Origin: Patescibacteria group bacterium
GTDB taxonomy: Bacteria > Patescibacteriota > Patescibacteriia > Magasanikbacterales > GWA2-37-8
DNA: 38,966 nt
Direction: 5' to 3'
NCBI GenBank assembly: GCA_004321885.1
Contig: SCQK01000005.1
Span: 1-38,966, forward strand
The notes under the pieces are model-generated. The model was not told the DNA's origin. It was given only the letters and a program-made list of their open reading frames with translations, and did no database searches. A program made the translations under genes and the position numbers. Shown one piece after another: positions 35,942-38,966 of the stretch (positions are counted from its first letter, which is position 1; each line of letters starts with the position of its first letter).

Positions 35942-36793
35942 ATGTTGAAGATGGTTGCGGCGATGATCGCCGCGCTGTACATCCTCGCGGTGAGTGCCAC
36001 CTCGGCGCTCGCCCAGAACACCCCCCCCGCGGCGGTCGCTCCGGCCGCGAAGTCATCGGCGATGCAAATCGCCGACCTCACCCTGAAGTTCGAGAAGGCC
36101 GAGAGCGACATCGCGTCGCTGAAGGCCAAGCTCGCGGCGCCGGCCCCGACCGCGCCAGACGGCAAGGCATTGTGCCAGTTCTGGGCACCGTGCAAGAACG
36201 CCGTCGCCGACGAGGCGGGGAAGATCCAAACGGTGATCAAGACCATCAAGGTCAAGATTGCCGACCCATCTCTCCTCGCCAAGCTCCGCCTGGCGGAGCT
36301 CGAGCTCGCGAAGCTCACCGAGCGGCTCGGCGCCCAGGCCGGGCTGGCCCAGCACAACGCGGAGGCCGCGAAGGGCCAGCTCGCGCTGGCTGGTCAGGTT
36401 CTGGCCATGGGTCAGCACCCGGAGCTCGCGAAGTACGCGCGGTGTCGGGGCGGCTTCAAGCTCAGGACCACGGTCTACACGCCGACGAGTTCAACCCTTT
36501 CGCTCGACTGTGAGCGAGAGGTTGACCTCGCGCGGGTGGAGAAGGTGGAGGGCCCGCTCGCCGCTGCCCAGGCGGCCGCGGCCGCTCGCCAGCCCCTCGC
36601 GCCCCCACCCGCGCCGGAGAAAAAGTCCGGCCGGTGCGGAACCGGTTGTATCATCGCGGCCATCACGATCCCGGCTGCGATCGTCGGTGCCGTGGTCGTC
36701 GGTGCTCTGCTCGCCACCCGTGAGGACCACAACACGGTGGTGACACCGACGAAGACGACCTCCGCGCTGAGCATCCGGTTCAAGGGGCTGTAG
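35942..36793 (+). CDS. secreted coiled-coil protein with signal peptide and C-terminal TM anchor
   Basis: AAGGAG SD before start; signal peptide MLKMVAAMIAALYILAVSATSALAQ; C-terminal TM CIIAAITIPAAIVGAVVVGALLA. Confidence 0.5.
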   Translation: MLKMVAAMIAALYILAVSATSALAQNTPPAAVAPAAKSSAMQIADLTLKFEKAESDIASLKAKLAAPAPTAPDGKALCQFWAPCKNAVADEAGKIQTVIKTIKVKIADPSLLAKLRLAELELAKLTERLGAQAGLAQHNAEAAKGQLALAGQVLAMGQHPELAKYARCRGGFKLRTTVYTPTSSTLSLDCEREVDLARVEKVEGPLAAAQAAAAARQPLAPPPAPEKKSGRCGTGCIIAAITIPAAIVGAVVVGALLATREDHNTVVTPTKTTSALSIRFKGL

Positions 36794-36980
36794 GCTGTAG
36801 ATAGTACACACGCGTCTCTGAGACATTGCGCGTGCACTCCCAATGATCTGTACAACCGATCCCAATCGGGCGTACAGTTACGGGAGGGTCTCGCCATTGC
36901 GCACGCGCAATGGCTCCCAATTATTTTCCTATGCTACGCATGGGGAAATTGAGGGAATAGATCATTACAACAACAAACTG

Positions 36981-37000
36981 CCTCCGCCGATAAGGGGAGG
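36981..37000. repeat. degenerate family-1 element (cctccgccgataaggggagg)
   Basis: partial inverted repeat upstream of lipoprotein gene. Confidence 0.4.
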
Positions 37001-37032
37001 CGCAACAGTTGTTAGAAAGAGAGGAGGTCGCC

Positions 37033-37890
37033 ATGACCAAGGCGACGACGAAGAGAAGTGGAACGGCCACGGCGTTCGTGGCAACCCTCGCGATGGGGAT
37101 CATCATCGCCCTTGGTGGTTGCGCCACCAAGGAGAACGTGACCGTGGAGTACCCGGGGTCCACCACGACGGTGACCCCGCCCACGGCGACGCCCGAGCCC
37201 GGTCGGCTCGGAGGTCCGTGCCTGAACGGCGCCTGCCTGGACAAGGAGGCGGTCTGCGACTCCGGATTCTGCCGGTTCCGCACCGGCCCCGGGTCGTCCA
37301 ATACCTGTGGCAACGGCGCTTGCCAGGCGGACCTCGGCGAGACGTACACCACCTGCCCCCAGGACTGCGGCAAGGCCCCTGGCTGTCCCAGCGGTCAGTG
37401 CGACCCTGGCGAGTCCAGCGCGACGTGCCCCCAGGACTGCCCGGCTAACACGGCCAGCTGGTCAGTTCAGCTGGAGATTCGCTCCAGTGCCGCTGGCTTG
37501 ACCCATTGCCACACGTACACGGCGGGGGCGGTGCCGGCACTGTACGACAGCCACCAGGGACAGACGCCGCTCAAGTTCTCGCTGTCCTTCAGCGAGGCGT
37601 GCGTCAAGAAGTTGCCCGGGTCCTGGGTCGGCAACTCCAACGGCCTGTACGCCGTGGAGATCAAGTGCGCACAGTCGCCGGAGGGGCCCAAGACGTGGTA
37701 CGATGAGCCGGGCATGCCGACCATGGCCGGGACCATCTCGGTCTCGATCAACAACGGCTCATTCCTCGCTGTTGTGCCGTCGGGCGGCGACTTCAACACC
37801 GCACCGGTAATGGAGGTGCCGGGCTCGCACCCGGTGGCGAACAGGGCGGGCAACGCCGTCGTCAGCGCGACGCTGATGAAGTGCCCGTAA
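37033..37890 (+). CDS. Cys-rich lipoprotein (lipobox LGGC), with CxNGxC..GE..TCPQDC repeats
   Basis: GAGGAGG SD then ATG 37033; MTKATTKRSGTATAFVATLAMGIIIALGGC signal/lipobox; repeats CGNGACQADLGETYTTCPQDCG and CPSGQCDPGESSATCPQDCP resembling myxococcal-type Cys-rich repeats. Confidence 0.6.
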   Translation: MTKATTKRSGTATAFVATLAMGIIIALGGCATKENVTVEYPGSTTTVTPPTATPEPGRLGGPCLNGACLDKEAVCDSGFCRFRTGPGSSNTCGNGACQADLGETYTTCPQDCGKAPGCPSGQCDPGESSATCPQDCPANTASWSVQLEIRSSAAGLTHCHTYTAGAVPALYDSHQGQTPLKFSLSFSEACVKKLPGSWVGNSNGLYAVEIKCAQSPEGPKTWYDEPGMPTMAGTISVSINNGSFLAVVPSGGDFNTAPVMEVPGSHPVANRAGNAVVSATLMKCP

Positions 37891-38148
37891 GGAGAACACA
37901 ACCGCGCTATACGCGGGACCGCAGCGATGCGGAACCACAATCACCAGCGCGTAAAGGATAGAATTGGCCGAGCGGAGATTAACCACATTTTTCGCTCGGC
38001 CGCTGTACTTACCGCATAATATTTTTGTGCGGTGGGTATGGGGGAAAAATTCATATGACGCATTTAACCATCTCTCTCCCGCCAATTTATTTGGCGGAGT
38101 GACTAAATGCTTCAGTTGAATGCCTTGTACTGAAAAGTAAAAGGCAGG

Positions 38149-38175
38149 AACCACCCCAACAGGTGGTTTTCTTTG
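38149..38175 (+). terminator. hairpin + U-run (aaccacc-ccaaca-ggtggtt TTCTTT)
   Basis: 7-bp stem followed by T-rich tract ~75 nt upstream of second lipoprotein gene; may be terminator/attenuator. Confidence 0.35.
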
Positions 38176-38249
38176 AAAAATGAAACAAACGCCTCAACCG
38201 CATGGGCGGAGAGGTGCAACCGATTGTAGAAAAAGAGAGGAGGTCGCCA

Positions 38250-38966
38250 GTGAACAAAACGGCGACGAAGAAGAGAAATGGAACGGCCGCGGTGTTCGCG
38301 GCAACCCTTGTGGTTGTAGGGTTCATCACGACCATCAACCTGTCCGGGTGTGGTAACACGACGACTGTCGTGGCCGCCAACTCAGACAGTGCGCAAAGCA
38401 ACGGCACCGAGGGTGCCACGTGCACCTACGACGGCAAGAAACCGTGCGCCACAGGATTCCTCTGCGACGCATGGAAGAAGTGCGTCCGCATCCCGATCGG
38501 CACTACCCCCACCTACGACGCCGGCATCCCGCCGACCCCGAAGCACGACACGGGCGCGCCCAAGTTCGATTCCGGCGTGAATACGGACACCGGGAAACCC
38601 GTCGGCAGCGAGGGCACTCCTTGCTACTTCGGGAGCTGTCTGACCGGCCTGACCTGCCTGTCCAACGTCTGCGTGAAGATGCAGACGAGCGACAGCGGAG
38701 TGAAGCCGGATAGTGGCAAGAACCCCGGCACCGAGGGGGCGGTGTGCATCAAGCCAGGCGATCTCTGCTTCCCCGGGCTGAACTGTCTGTCCAACGTCTG
38801 TGTGAAGATGCAGACGACGGACAGCGGCCCCAAGCCCGAGGCCGGCAAGATCCCCGGCACCGAGGGTGGCCTGTGCGTTCAGCCAGGCAACCTCTGTCTC
38901 ACGGGGCTGTCATGCCTCTCGGGATTCTGCGTCAAGCTCCCGCCCACCACCGACAGCGGGGTGAAG
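38250..38966 (+). CDS. Cys-rich lipoprotein paralog (lipobox LSGC) with ~38-aa tandem repeats; partial, continues beyond window
   Basis: own translation from GTG 38250 (open to window end, hence absent from closed-ORF track): VNKTATKKRNGTAAVFAATLVVVGFITTINLSGC...; 5' UTR agaaaaagagaggaggtcgcca nearly identical to that of gene at 37033; repeated modules DSGxKPxSGKxPGTEGxxCxxPGxLCxxGLxCLSxxCVK(M/L). Confidence 0.55.
   Translation, partial: MNKTATKKRNGTAAVFAATLVVVGFITTINLSGCGNTTTVVAANSDSAQSNGTEGATCTYDGKKPCATGFLCDAWKKCVRIPIGTTPTYDAGIPPTPKHDTGAPKFDSGVNTDTGKPVGSEGTPCYFGSCLTGLTCLSNVCVKMQTSDSGVKPDSGKNPGTEGAVCIKPGDLCFPGLNCLSNVCVKMQTTDSGPKPEAGKIPGTEGGLCVQPGNLCLTGLSCLSGFCVKLPPTTDSGVK

Noticed and set aside
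31428-38425. Many long ORFs on both strands in the GC-rich segment (e.g. 31493..32515-, 32897..33364-, 34778..35278-, 35653..36357-, 35788..36513+, 36843..37448+)
   Set aside because: High GC suppresses stop codons in all frames. These ORFs are Arg/Pro/Gly-rich low-complexity translations that overlap ORFs with SD sequences, signal peptides, lipoboxes or zinc-ribbon motifs.

Overview
This 39-kb window appears bacterial and looks like a reduced genome, possibly Patescibacteria/CPR-like, though that call is low confidence. Features are listed below by position. My own start-codon refinements are good to about ±1-2 nt.

Annotation by position:
- 1-31.4 kb: moderate GC (roughly 50% by eye), carrying recognisable housekeeping genes.
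- Start of a dcw-type cluster (3.1-9.3 kb): mraZ, rsmH, an ftsL-like gene, a small membrane protein, a membrane-anchored ClpC/ClpA-like AAA+ ATPase, and a MraY/WecA-family transferase. No ftsI or mur genes are present.
- 9.3-10.6 kb: a DUF192 protein and rplU.
- 10.6-13.2 kb, minus strand: a recR-ybaB-dnaB block.
- 13.3-17.6 kb: a large polytopic membrane protein, a HIT protein, a NUDIX hydrolase and an SLT lytic transglycosylase.
- 17.6-19.4 kb: a VirD4/TraD/HerA-like P-loop ATPase.
- 19.5-21.5 kb, minus strand: smpB, a tmRNA gene (ssrA, found by eye) and infC-rpmI-rplT.
- 21.5-31.4 kb: an operon of membrane and all-helical hypothetical proteins that ends in a 1778-aa giant protein.
- 31.4-39.0 kb: a GC-rich segment (>60% by eye, very high GC3). 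It encodes a zinc-ribbon/TM/coiled-coil protein, several TM/Pro-Ala-rich proteins, and two paralogous Cys-rich lipoproteins with tandem repeats. The last lipoprotein gene runs off the end of the window.

Two dispersed repeat families occur in both compositional domains:
- Family 1 is a CCTCCCC-(T)TATAA-GGGGAGG palindrome with at least 14 copies, several sitting in frame inside coding sequences.
- Family 2 is a TGTCATTCCTGC-N6-GCAGGAATCCA hairpin with 6 copies.

Nothing else was found: no CRISPR array, no transposase or integrase, no rRNA, and no tRNA other than the tRNA-like domain of the tmRNA.
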